Part shown: positions 10,950 to 19,918 of the stretch, piece by piece | How the letters are laid out: each line of letters begins with the position of its first letter | How positions within the stretch are numbered: the first letter of the stretch is position 1 | Assembly: GCA_050011775.1 (NCBI GenBank) | Contig: JBEKIL010000012.1 | Coordinates: 9,941-73,940, forward strand | Source of the DNA: Bacteroidota bacterium | GTDB lineage: Bacteria > Bacteroidota > Ignavibacteria > UBA10030 > CAVZMI01 | Length of the DNA stretch: 64,000 nt | Reading direction: 5' to 3' | The notes under the pieces: generated by a model | Seen by the model: only the letters and a program-made list of their open reading frames with translations | Databases searched by the model: none | Told to the model about the DNA's origin: nothing | Program-made: the position numbers and the translations under genes

Positions 10950-12080
10950 ATGAATATAGTGGTAATTTCACATAGCAGCGTTGTTGGATTGTATCAGCAG
11001 AAGCTGGCCATGATGCATCGGCAGTATCACGATAAATTGTCTCTAATCACTCCTCCATCGTGGACTGAAGGGGGGCGCGAGGTGATAGCCGAAATACATT
11101 GTTATCCGGAACTTAATGTCACGCCGCTTCCGGTCCATTGGCCCAATAAACTTAATCGTCATTACTACTTATGGAAGGAATTGTGGAAGCATCTTCGTCA
11201 ACAGCGTCCTGATCTTATCTACATAGAAGAAGAACCGCGGAGTCTGTGTGCTTTTCAGGCCCATCTTTTTTGTCGTTCCAACAATATACCGTATGTCTTT
11301 TATACATGGGAAAACATCGCCCGGAAGTATAACTTAATCCATGCGATGCTTTTTCGAATAGTCCGTCGTTCGGCAGCTGCGGCAGTTGTTGGGAGCTGGG
11401 ATGCAGCAGAGATTCTGCGGCGGCGATCGTTTAAAGCGCCTATGCTTATTCAGCCGCAATACGGAGTTGATCCTGCCCTTTTTTATCGCCGGACGACTTC
11501 ACGATTTAAAGAAGGGTGGCGTGTGTCGGGTCCGGTGGTCGGTTATGCCGGACGCCTAATTCCTGAAAAAGGGGTCAGTCTTCTCTTACAAGCATTCGAG
11601 AAACTAACGATTCCCGCGACATGCGTTATCGCAGGGGGCGGCCCGGAATTGAACTCTTTGAAAGAATTTGCGGCACGACTTCGTCGCGCACAGGATATTT
11701 ATTTTATCGGCCCTGTTCCGCATGAACAAATGCCGGAGTTGTTATCGGCACTTGACATCATTGTACTTCCTTCACGAACGACAGCAACATGGAAAGAACA
11801 ATTCGGACGAATACTCATCGAAGCAATGGCGTGTGAAGTCTGTGCCGTTGGATCGGATTCAGGGGCAATACCGGCTGTTATAGGAACCGCTGGCTGGATT
11901 TTCAAAGAAAACGATGCCCATGCATTGCAGAAGATTCTTTATGACCTCATTGTCAATGAAGAAGAACGAAAACGATTAGCTGAAGAAGGCCGGGCACGGG
12001 TTCTTGAGCACTTTACAAATGCAATTTTTGCAAAACAGCTGCACGAATTTTTTATGCAGGTAAAATTCCCAAAAGCATGA
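10950..12080 (+). CDS. glycosyltransferase, GT4 (group 1) family
   Basis: C-terminal GT-B E-x7-E-like region (EQFGRILIEAMACEVCAV). Confidence 0.75.
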   Translation: MNIVVISHSSVVGLYQQKLAMMHRQYHDKLSLITPPSWTEGGREVIAEIHCYPELNVTPLPVHWPNKLNRHYYLWKELWKHLRQQRPDLIYIEEEPRSLCAFQAHLFCRSNNIPYVFYTWENIARKYNLIHAMLFRIVRRSAAAAVVGSWDAAEILRRRSFKAPMLIQPQYGVDPALFYRRTTSRFKEGWRVSGPVVGYAGRLIPEKGVSLLLQAFEKLTIPATCVIAGGGPELNSLKEFAARLRRAQDIYFIGPVPHEQMPELLSALDIIVLPSRTTATWKEQFGRILIEAMACEVCAVGSDSGAIPAVIGTAGWIFKENDAHALQKILYDLIVNEEERKRLAEEGRARVLEHFTNAIFAKQLHEFFMQVKFPKA

Positions 12081-12994
12081 AAGTATCAATCATCATTGTT
12101 AATTACAACCGGTTCGATCTGGTCCTTCAGTGTATTCAATCGCTTCTTCCCTGGATCAGAGAGGAAAAATATGAGATTATTGTTGTCGATAATGGATCGA
12201 AAGATTTCGATGAACGGGGTCTTAAGACTCTGAGCGACCGGATAAAAGTCGTCGGCCTGTCGCATAACATCGGTTATGGCCGGGCGAACAATCGTGGGGC
12301 CGAAATTGCTTGTGGAGAATATCTGTTCTTATTAAATCATGATACGATAATGCATGAGGATGTTTTGAACCCGCTTGTGGAATTTCTTGATAAACATCCA
12401 GACGTCGGTATAGTGGGACCGACGTTGTTAAACAGCGATGGATCGTATCAGCTCTCAACCGGAGGAGAGCCGGGACTTTTTGGGGAAGCGAAGACAAGAT
12501 ACTGGAACCGATGTATTCGATCAAAGAACCTGCGAATTCGCACATCGATGGAAAGGTCTTTGCGAAGACAGCGTTCGCTTCTCTGGCTCACCGGAGCTGC
12601 AATGCTTGTCCGTAGGTCGTTGTTTGAATTGGTCGGCGGTTTTGATGAAGATTATTTTATGTATTTTGAAGATTCCGACTTTTGTGCCCGTATCAGGTCT
12701 GCAGGATCGGAAATTGTTTATCTTCCCGGACCATCGCTTATTCATCTTCATGGAAGCTCTATCAACGTTATTCCTGGCCGTATGGCATATGAATACAGAC
12801 GAAGTCAGCTCTTATATTATCAAAAACACCGGATGCTGCCGGCACGAATCATTCTTCGGATATATCTTTTAGTAAAATATCTCGGGAAATACCTTATAGC
12901 AAAAGAGAATAGAGAAATCCTGGGAAAGATTATAGCCCTCTTACTTGAGAGGAACATCATGCGCCACTCGTACGAATTGGGAAAGGCCGAGTAA
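12077..12994 (+). CDS. glycosyltransferase, GT2 family
   Basis: N-terminal VSIIIVNYN, DNGS, and DxD (FEDSD) motifs. Confidence 0.8.
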   Translation: MKVSIIIVNYNRFDLVLQCIQSLLPWIREEKYEIIVVDNGSKDFDERGLKTLSDRIKVVGLSHNIGYGRANNRGAEIACGEYLFLLNHDTIMHEDVLNPLVEFLDKHPDVGIVGPTLLNSDGSYQLSTGGEPGLFGEAKTRYWNRCIRSKNLRIRTSMERSLRRQRSLLWLTGAAMLVRRSLFELVGGFDEDYFMYFEDSDFCARIRSAGSEIVYLPGPSLIHLHGSSINVIPGRMAYEYRRSQLLYYQKHRMLPARIILRIYLLVKYLGKYLIAKENREILGKIIALLLERNIMRHSYELGKAE

Positions 12995-14085
12995 TGGTCG
13001 TCGGTCTTGACATACGGAAGATCGATCATCTCGGTATCGGAACGTATATTTTCAATCTTCTCCGGCATTTTGAAAATGCACCCGGCGATATTCAGTTTAT
13101 TGTTTTTGGTCACCCCGATGTCAGGCGCGACTTTTCATTGAGTAATCGTTTTACTGTAATCAACAACATGACAAAGCAGTATTCATTGGCGGGGATGATT
13201 TCACTCGGGCGGCAGGCCAAGGCCGGACATGTTAACATCTTTCACACACCGCACTATGTTCTTCCGTTGAACATGAAAGCACGAAGCGTTGTCACGATCC
13301 ATGATGTCATCCCGCTTCTTTTTCCGGAATACTTCGGCATCCTTAAGAGATCATATGCGTGGACGATAATGAAGCGAAGCTGTACGAAAGCCGATCGCGT
13401 TCTAACGGTGTCGATGACAAGCGCCAGGGACATTCAGGAAAAATTCGGTATTTCCGATGAGCGGCTGAGGGTCATCCATGTCGGTGTGAATGAAATGTTT
13501 CATCCTCTGAATGAACAGGAAAAATCTCTGGTCCGTAGGCAGTATTCGTTGAGTGAATCTTATCTTCTATACTCCGGGGCACTGAAGCCTCATAAAAACG
13601 TTCCCCGCCTGTTGTCGGCACTTTCTAAAATTCCGGAAAGCCGCAGGCCTCAATTGGTACTTGTTGGCGATGATCTGACGCATGCTGCACCGGTTCGAAG
13701 GGCGCTCGAACGATATCGGCTCTTTTCATCGGTTCGTGTTCTCGGCAAACTACACATTGATGAAGTAATCAAGATTTATGGCGCCGCTTTTGCAATGATC
13801 CATCCTTCATTATATGAGGGATTCGGTTCGATTGTGGTCGAAGCAATGGCTGCAGGAATTCCTGTGGCATCATCATCATCCGGATCATTGCCTGAGATCA
13901 TTGGAGATGCAGCATTATTCTTCGATCCGACTGACGAAGAGAATATCATCGAAGCGATCGATAAAATTACCAATGACACTCTTCTCCGTGAACAACTTAT
14001 AAAAAAAGGAACAGACCGCATCAAATTCTTCTCATGGGAACGGTGTGCTCGGGCGACTCTGCAGGTTTACCGGGAACTTGAATAG
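12994..14085 (+). CDS. glycosyltransferase, GT4 (group 1) family
   Basis: EGFGSIVVEAMAAGIPV motif (E-x7-E). Confidence 0.8.
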   Translation: MVVGLDIRKIDHLGIGTYIFNLLRHFENAPGDIQFIVFGHPDVRRDFSLSNRFTVINNMTKQYSLAGMISLGRQAKAGHVNIFHTPHYVLPLNMKARSVVTIHDVIPLLFPEYFGILKRSYAWTIMKRSCTKADRVLTVSMTSARDIQEKFGISDERLRVIHVGVNEMFHPLNEQEKSLVRRQYSLSESYLLYSGALKPHKNVPRLLSALSKIPESRRPQLVLVGDDLTHAAPVRRALERYRLFSSVRVLGKLHIDEVIKIYGAAFAMIHPSLYEGFGSIVVEAMAAGIPVASSSSGSLPEIIGDAALFFDPTDEENIIEAIDKITNDTLLREQLIKKGTDRIKFFSWERCARATLQVYRELE

Positions 14086-14147
14086 CAGATGTGCCTTGTG
14101 TTTGTTATCAAAAAGTAATACTATTGTTCAGGAAAGGTTGTATTTCG

Positions 14148-14863
14148 TGACAGTCGTACAAAAAAATACCGTGCTCGTGGCGACGCTCCCAAAGATTGAC
14201 GAAGCAATGGCGGCTTCGCTTTTCGACGGGAAATTTACGGTACGTACTATCGAGGAACTCTATCTCTCATATCTTGTCGATGTAGTGGCACAGGTTAACC
14301 GGTATCCGAGAACTCGCATTGTGATTCACTATTATGTTCCTGCGCTGTATGAAATGCTGATGAATCTCTTCATGACACCCGCCGAGTTTCGATTGGTCGT
14401 ACCAAAGGATACAGGCCCGCTTTACTCATCGGCCATCGAGAGGATGTTCAAAAGTGGACGATGCAAAAATCTTCTTCTCCTTCTAACACTTCATCCGTTG
14501 GTGAATTATCATATCATTGAACACACACTTCGCGTATTGAATTTTGAGGATGAAAGCGTAGCAATCGGCACACTATCAAACCACATGCCTTATCTTCTTG
14601 GTATAAAAAATCTTCATGAATCGCTCCTGATGCTGGACGATAAGGAGTTTTATGACAGTGATTCGCTCCTTCGCCGATGCTGTACAATAAACGGACTTAT
14701 CAGTCCGCTATGCCCGCTTCCCGTGATACAAACAACAAGTGATCTTATGATCCTGAAGGAAAAATTGGAGCGACTTTGCGAGACACGGCATGATTATCCG
14801 AAAAGAACTCTTTCGTTGCTCCGACAACTTGGTAGTACTATTAATAACACAAGAGCCATATGA
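14148..14863 (+). CDS. hypothetical protein (start uncertain; ORF opens at 14045 and overlaps the upstream GT gene; GTG at 14148 or ATG at 14210 are plausible)
   Basis: long ORF with a firm stop at 14863, overlapping the nadD start by 4 nt (operon-like coupling). Confidence 0.4.
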
Positions 14864-15438
14864 ATATCGGCCTCTTTGGCGGCAGTTTTAATCCGCCGCA
14901 TAACGGACATCTGCTCCTCGCAGAGACAGTACGGGAACAATTCAATCTCAGTACTATATTTTTCATTCCGTCATATATTCCTCCCCATAAACAACTCGAG
15001 CACCTTGCCCCTGGAAAAGACCGTCTCGCGATGGTCGAATGCGCTATTTCAGGAAACAGGCATTTTAAATGCTCGGATATCGAGATTCGGAAGAGGGGAA
15101 CATCGTACACCATTCAAACAGTTACGGAGTTTGAACAACGTTATCCCAACAGTGAATTATTCCTCATTATCGGCATTGATAATCTTATAGATTTTAAATT
15201 ATGGAAATTGCAAGAAGAATTACTGACGAAGACGACGCTCATCGTATGCGAACGTCCCGGATTCCGCCGCGATGATGTTCCGCGTGATCTTCTACGCTAT
15301 GCAAATTTTGTGTCGGTAATGCTGATCGGGATATCGTCAAGTGATATTCGGTTGAGGGTAAAAACGGGTAAATCGATCCGCTACTTCGTTCCTGAATCTG
15401 TGGCTGAGTATATACGCTCCAACCGGTTATATCTGTAA
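14860..15438 (+). CDS. nadD: nicotinate-nucleotide adenylyltransferase
   Basis: GGSFNPPHNGH (HxGH) nucleotidyltransferase motif and SSSDIR motif. Confidence 0.9.
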   Translation: MNIGLFGGSFNPPHNGHLLLAETVREQFNLSTIFFIPSYIPPHKQLEHLAPGKDRLAMVECAISGNRHFKCSDIEIRKRGTSYTIQTVTEFEQRYPNSELFLIIGIDNLIDFKLWKLQEELLTKTTLIVCERPGFRRDDVPRDLLRYANFVSVMLIGISSSDIRLRVKTGKSIRYFVPESVAEYIRSNRLYL

Positions 15439-15558
15439 TTACACAACACAGTGTATAACGACGGAGTCATCACGGCACCGCCTAACCATTCTATTCCTTC
15501 CATAGTGATTTTTTCATCTTGTTGTAACACAATTTCGTTCTATATGATAGAGAATCCT

Positions 15559-16366
15559 ATGGATCGCTTTAAAGGTATCTATCGTATCGAATCCATCCGT
15601 CTTGCAGGTTGGGATTATGGTTCGACCCCTCGACAAGCTCAGGGCAGGCAAGCTCACCACAAGTGGTATGCCGGGTTGGTATTTTGTCACCATCTGTACT
15701 AAAAACAGGGTAGAATTGTTCGGAGATATTGTGGATGGGGAAATGATCCGGAATGAGATTGGAGAGATAGCACATCAAATGTTTAAAGAAATCCCGACAC
15801 ATTACAAAGATGTCAGATTGGATGATTTTATTATAATGCCGAATCATGTACATGGAATAATTGTGTTGGGAAATAAGTATAATCATGGATTGTCGAATAG
15901 TCGGGGAGAAAGTAGAGACAGATTGCGGGATAGGTGGGTGGATAAATGTAGAGAAAGATGGGGATATAAAAGGGGAAATGAAGGGGAAAATAATTTAGGA
16001 GGTGAGTGGAAAGATGAGTGGGGAGACGCAACGTCTCCCCACATAATAAGGATAGAATGATGATCTCCCTACATGGTGAGGACAGAATGATGATATGGTG
16101 CAGAAAAAAAGAGAGTCTTTCTAAATGGAAAATTGGATTTTGAAATGTCCGAAAAACCGGAAAACTATTTCATGTCAGCAATATCCCCCAAAGGTGGATC
16201 ATTGGGTGCGATTGTACGGTCATTTAAATCTGCCGTTACAAATTATATACATGCGGATGGATTTCGCGATTTCGCTTGGCAATCCCGATTCTACGATCAC
16301 ATTATTCGAAGTGAGAAAAGACTTAACATCATTCGGAGATACATTAGAAATAATCCAAAGCGGTGA
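15559..16366 (+). pseudogene. disrupted REP-associated tyrosine transposase (RAYT / IS200-like Y1 HuH transposase); N-terminus in one frame, HuH core shifted +1, C-terminal catalytic-Tyr segment separated by a ~260-bp insert containing stop codons
   Basis: Fragments SIRLAGWDYGS (frame 1). WYFVTICTKNR...MPNHVHGIIV (HuH, frame 2, ORF 15602..16060). GSLGAIVRSFKSAV...FAWQSRFYDHIIR...IRRYIRNNPKRW (ORF 16133..16366). Together these reproduce the RAYT/IS200 TnpA motif order but are not contiguous. Confidence 0.6.
15890..16150. repeat. purine-rich (GA-rich on + strand) insertion inside the RAYT gene; contains perfect 21-bp palindrome GGGGAGACGCAACGTCTCCCC (16019-16039) and a two-copy direct repeat AGGA(T/C)AGAATGATGAT
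   Basis: read directly from the sequence; the segment separates the HuH and Tyr motifs and introduces in-frame stops. Confidence 0.5.
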
Positions 16367-16455
16367 GATCACGAGGATAATGAAGATACTCCAATGAAAC
16401 ATCTCCGCTCCTTGAAACTTGATCGCACTTTTCGTATTTTCTATTCGAATATACT

Positions 16456-16530
16456 GCCCCTGTAGCTCAGTATGGATAGAGCAGCAGTTTCCTAAACTGT
16501 GTGTCGGGTGTTCGAATCACCCCAGGGGCA
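16456..16530 (+). tRNA. tRNA-Arg (anticodon CCT)
   Basis: cloverleaf parsed by hand: acceptor GCCCCTG/CAGGGGC, T-arm GGGTG-TTCGAAT-CACCC, anticodon loop TTCCTAA. Confidence 0.8.
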
Positions 16531-16648
16531 CATTCAGATCGCAATATTCATTCATAGATTTTCCGCCCCCCCTTTCAACTTGGTGAAAGAATTAGTACAT
16601 TATATCCCATTCAGATCGATCCATCGTATTGGTATCAAGGAGAATAGA

Positions 16649-18655
16649 ATGAAATTTCGTTTTACATATATTATTATAATGACGCTGTCGCTCACGCTAT
16701 GCTTATCCACGGTAATGCTCTGTCAGGATGAGACCGCAACTCTTCGCACCATACTCCGGTATACTGATCCACAGAAACGAATCGATGCACTAAACGAGTT
16801 TCTTCATTTCTATCCACAGAGTAGCCTGACTTCACGCGCCTTATATGGACTATTCAATGCATATATCGAAACAGACAAAAGTGACTCAGCTCTTCTCACT
16901 GCACCACGGTGTGTCGCGTCCTTCCCAGATGCCGCACGCGGTCAGATGCAAATGATGATCGCTGATGCTCTTGCTGAAAAGGGTATCGGACTTGATACCG
17001 CCGAAACGTATGTCGCGTCAGCGGAGCAGTGGGCACGGGAAAGAAAACGGCCGGAACTTGGATCGATTCTCCACATTAAAGCACATATTCTTTACCAGAG
17101 AGGAAATACTCTCAAGGCAGAGGAAATCGAGCGGGAGGCACTTCAAAACGAACCGAACAATCCGGATTTTCTCCTAAGGCTTGGTCGCTACGAAGAGAAT
17201 AATGGAAAAAAAGATATGGCACTGCACGATCTGTGCCGCTCGATCCTTTTTGGATACTCGGATGAGGCACTTCAGAGATTTAATTCATTGATAACCTATG
17301 CAAAATCCGATTCCGAAGCGCTGCAGCTAAAAGAAACAATCGTAAACGAAATTATTCGTGTCTATGTCGATACAACGAAACCGGAAAAAATTATCGAAGC
17401 ACGGAGTACCGCAGCAGCGTTAATGGCACACACCGAAGTCAATCTGAAAAAAGCACGAGAGTGGGCGACAAGCGCAGCCAAATCTCCGGAGAAGGGAGAA
17501 TCGATCGAAGAGTTCGTGAGCTATCAGCAAAATCTTGCTCTTGTATCATTTGCGGAAAAGAAATATACCGAGGCAGTGGCGATTTTGAGTGCGGTCACCG
17601 ATCTCGTCGATCCATGGAATGATGGATTCTGGTTTACGATGGGACAGGCATATGAAAAAATCGGGAAAAACGAAATGGCAAAGGATGCATATTTGAATGC
17701 ATTAATCGGGTCGAAAGTCCCGAGACTAGTCAGTGCATATGCATCCATAGCAAGCGAAGGAGAGCGTACACCTGCACAGATTGACAGCGCGATAGAAAAA
17801 AAACGACAATCACTCATGGATTTTCAACCGGGAAAAGCTACCGCACAGAAATCGAAAACGGGAAAAGTCGTCCTTGTGGAACTTTTTACGGGCTCTGAAT
17901 GCGGTCCATGCCAGTCGGCCGATAAGGCATTCGATTATCTCTCGGAATATTATCCTCGAACGTCAGTTGTTCTCCTTGAGAATCATCTCCATATACCCCA
18001 GCCGGATCCGATAACGAATCCGGATACATGGGACCGATATATGATGTATGGAGGCAATTTTGGAACTCCAACCGTTGTCATAGATGGAACTCAAAAAATT
18101 ATTGGCGGAGGTCCGCTTTATATCGGCCAGAATCGTTTTAATGTGTATCACCATTTCATCAGACGCTCTTTGGGAAAGACTCCACCTCTGACAATCGAAG
18201 GTACCGCACAGTTGACAGGGGGGAAGATCGCCGTCGAGATCCAACTTCATACGGCGAAAAAAAATCAAAAGGACACTCTTTTAGCAAGACTCTATATAGC
18301 ACTTGTTGAAAAATCCATAGACTACACCGGAGGGAACGGTATATCACGACATGCCTTCGTTCTCAGGAAATTGTTTGATGGAATAAAAGGGGCTCCCATA
18401 AAGCTGACCAACAGTGGAGAAAAAATAACACGTTCGGTAGAACTTACACAGATCGAGCGTGAATTACAGAATTATCTCGACAATGTTGCGAAACATCCGT
18501 CTTGGCGTTCTTCATTTGCGAATTTTCCGGGTTGGAAAACACGACCTGACAGGATCAACCAGTCGAATGTCGCGATAGTTGCTTGGATTCAGGATCCGGA
18601 AAGCAGGGAAGTTCTTCAATCATTCTATTGTGATGTATCGACAATGACGAAGTGA
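16649..18655 (+). CDS. secreted TPR-repeat protein with a C-terminal thioredoxin-like domain (CGPC motif)
   Basis: The ORF opens at 16499 inside the tRNA. The first ATG after the tRNA (16649, preceded by AGGAGAA) gives a signal-peptide-like N-terminus MKFRFTYIIIMTLSLTL. A Trx-like FTGSECGPCQ motif lies near residue ~450. Confidence 0.55.
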   Translation: MKFRFTYIIIMTLSLTLCLSTVMLCQDETATLRTILRYTDPQKRIDALNEFLHFYPQSSLTSRALYGLFNAYIETDKSDSALLTAPRCVASFPDAARGQMQMMIADALAEKGIGLDTAETYVASAEQWARERKRPELGSILHIKAHILYQRGNTLKAEEIEREALQNEPNNPDFLLRLGRYEENNGKKDMALHDLCRSILFGYSDEALQRFNSLITYAKSDSEALQLKETIVNEIIRVYVDTTKPEKIIEARSTAAALMAHTEVNLKKAREWATSAAKSPEKGESIEEFVSYQQNLALVSFAEKKYTEAVAILSAVTDLVDPWNDGFWFTMGQAYEKIGKNEMAKDAYLNALIGSKVPRLVSAYASIASEGERTPAQIDSAIEKKRQSLMDFQPGKATAQKSKTGKVVLVELFTGSECGPCQSADKAFDYLSEYYPRTSVVLLENHLHIPQPDPITNPDTWDRYMMYGGNFGTPTVVIDGTQKIIGGGPLYIGQNRFNVYHHFIRRSLGKTPPLTIEGTAQLTGGKIAVEIQLHTAKKNQKDTLLARLYIALVEKSIDYTGGNGISRHAFVLRKLFDGIKGAPIKLTNSGEKITRSVELTQIERELQNYLDNVAKHPSWRSSFANFPGWKTRPDRINQSNVAIVAWIQDPESREVLQSFYCDVSTMTK

Positions 18656-18740
18656 CAGGCAAGGTATCGATTCACTTCATGCTACTTGAACAATTGTACC
18701 GGTTTTTCTACCTTGTTGTGAACCTTCTCCTGGAGGTCTT

Positions 18741-19811
18741 ATGAGCTGTGTCTTTCGAAGTCCGATTCCCGGGCTCATCCTGATATCGCTGATCCTGTCC
18801 TCGTGTACTTCCCATATCTATCATGTCGCATATCCGACGCTTTCAGATGGGAAATATGATTCGGAGTTTCCATATAAAAGTTGTTCCGAACAGCTTGAGA
18901 AAATCGGAGAATCTATCAAGCTCCTTAATTGTATTGCCGGGTATAAAAGCTATACTTTGCCTTCAGGTTCAATGCTGCGGAAAAACGACCTTACAATGGA
19001 TTTAATCGAGAAACAGGCTGTGCACGTGCAGTACATCAGCAATACATCGTCGGGAACAGCCACCGTGATCTACTCACAGGGTTTTAAGTTGGCTGTGCTG
19101 ACGTGTGCACATATCTTCTCATTCCCGGATACAATTATTTCCTATTTCCCTGATAGTGACGGATTACCGACTGAAAATGTACAATCAATAGCATTCCGAA
19201 CATCACTGCTGAGTTACATTGCCGATCTGCCTGAAAGAGGAGAAATGGAAATCCTTGCTGTTGATAAAATCAACGACATTGCCATTCTCGGAAAGACATT
19301 TGAGACACCGAAGCCGGTCCCCGTGTTCAATTATCCCGTCGGTCGTGCGAAAGAATTGGAATGGGGAACGTTTGTCTATATGTTCGGTTATCCATTGGCG
19401 AATAAAATGGTCACAAAGGCAATTGTAAGTAGTCCCAGGAAAGATTCCCGCGGATCGTTCTTGCTCGATGCCGTGTTTAACCGGGGGTTCAGTGGGGGGG
19501 TCATCCTTGCAATACGCGATGGAATTCCAAATTTTGAGCTCGTTGGAATAGTCAGCTCGGTTCCCGCAGATTATGAGAATGTACTGACACCAACGCAGGC
19601 AAATACGGATATGGAGTATGACGCAAACATTCCGTATCACGGCGAAGTGTATGTCAGACGAAAATTAAATATTAAATATGGCGTGACACAAGCCATCTCT
19701 ATGGAGACAATAAAAGAATTTGTGGAAAAAAATAAATCGGTTTTTGAATCAAAAGGATATTACATCAATTCATTTTTCGAGCAGGAACGTGTTCAACCGG
19801 ATCTACCATGA
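18741..19811 (+). CDS. trypsin-like serine protease lipoprotein (His/Asp/Ser triad motifs TCAHIF, NDIAIL, GFSGGVIL)
   Basis: lipobox LSSC after the signal peptide; chymotrypsin-fold triad motifs in canonical order. Confidence 0.55.
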   Translation: MSCVFRSPIPGLILISLILSSCTSHIYHVAYPTLSDGKYDSEFPYKSCSEQLEKIGESIKLLNCIAGYKSYTLPSGSMLRKNDLTMDLIEKQAVHVQYISNTSSGTATVIYSQGFKLAVLTCAHIFSFPDTIISYFPDSDGLPTENVQSIAFRTSLLSYIADLPERGEMEILAVDKINDIAILGKTFETPKPVPVFNYPVGRAKELEWGTFVYMFGYPLANKMVTKAIVSSPRKDSRGSFLLDAVFNRGFSGGVILAIRDGIPNFELVGIVSSVPADYENVLTPTQANTDMEYDANIPYHGEVYVRRKLNIKYGVTQAISMETIKEFVEKNKSVFESKGYYINSFFEQERVQPDLP

Positions 19812-19918
19812 CGGACGAATATGCTGAAGGGGAATGATTATTGTATTTCAATTGATTCCCACCGGATTTTTCTTATATTTTTATTAATTCAATGTATTGC
19901 TGACATATTCTTTTCTTT

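Noticed and set aside
16019-16039. Palindrome GGGGAGACGCAACGTCTCCCC as a cloning/assembly artefact (paired type IIS-like GAGACG/CGTCTC motifs)
   Set aside because: Cannot be assessed from sequence alone; the surrounding GA-rich segment has no vector-like features. Treated as native sequence but flagged in findings.
16499-16648. ORF-track start of the 718-aa ORF at 16499, overlapping tRNA-Arg
   Set aside because: The first 150 nt overlap the tRNA and lack an RBS. The ATG at 16649 has a Shine-Dalgarno sequence and yields a signal-peptide N-terminus.
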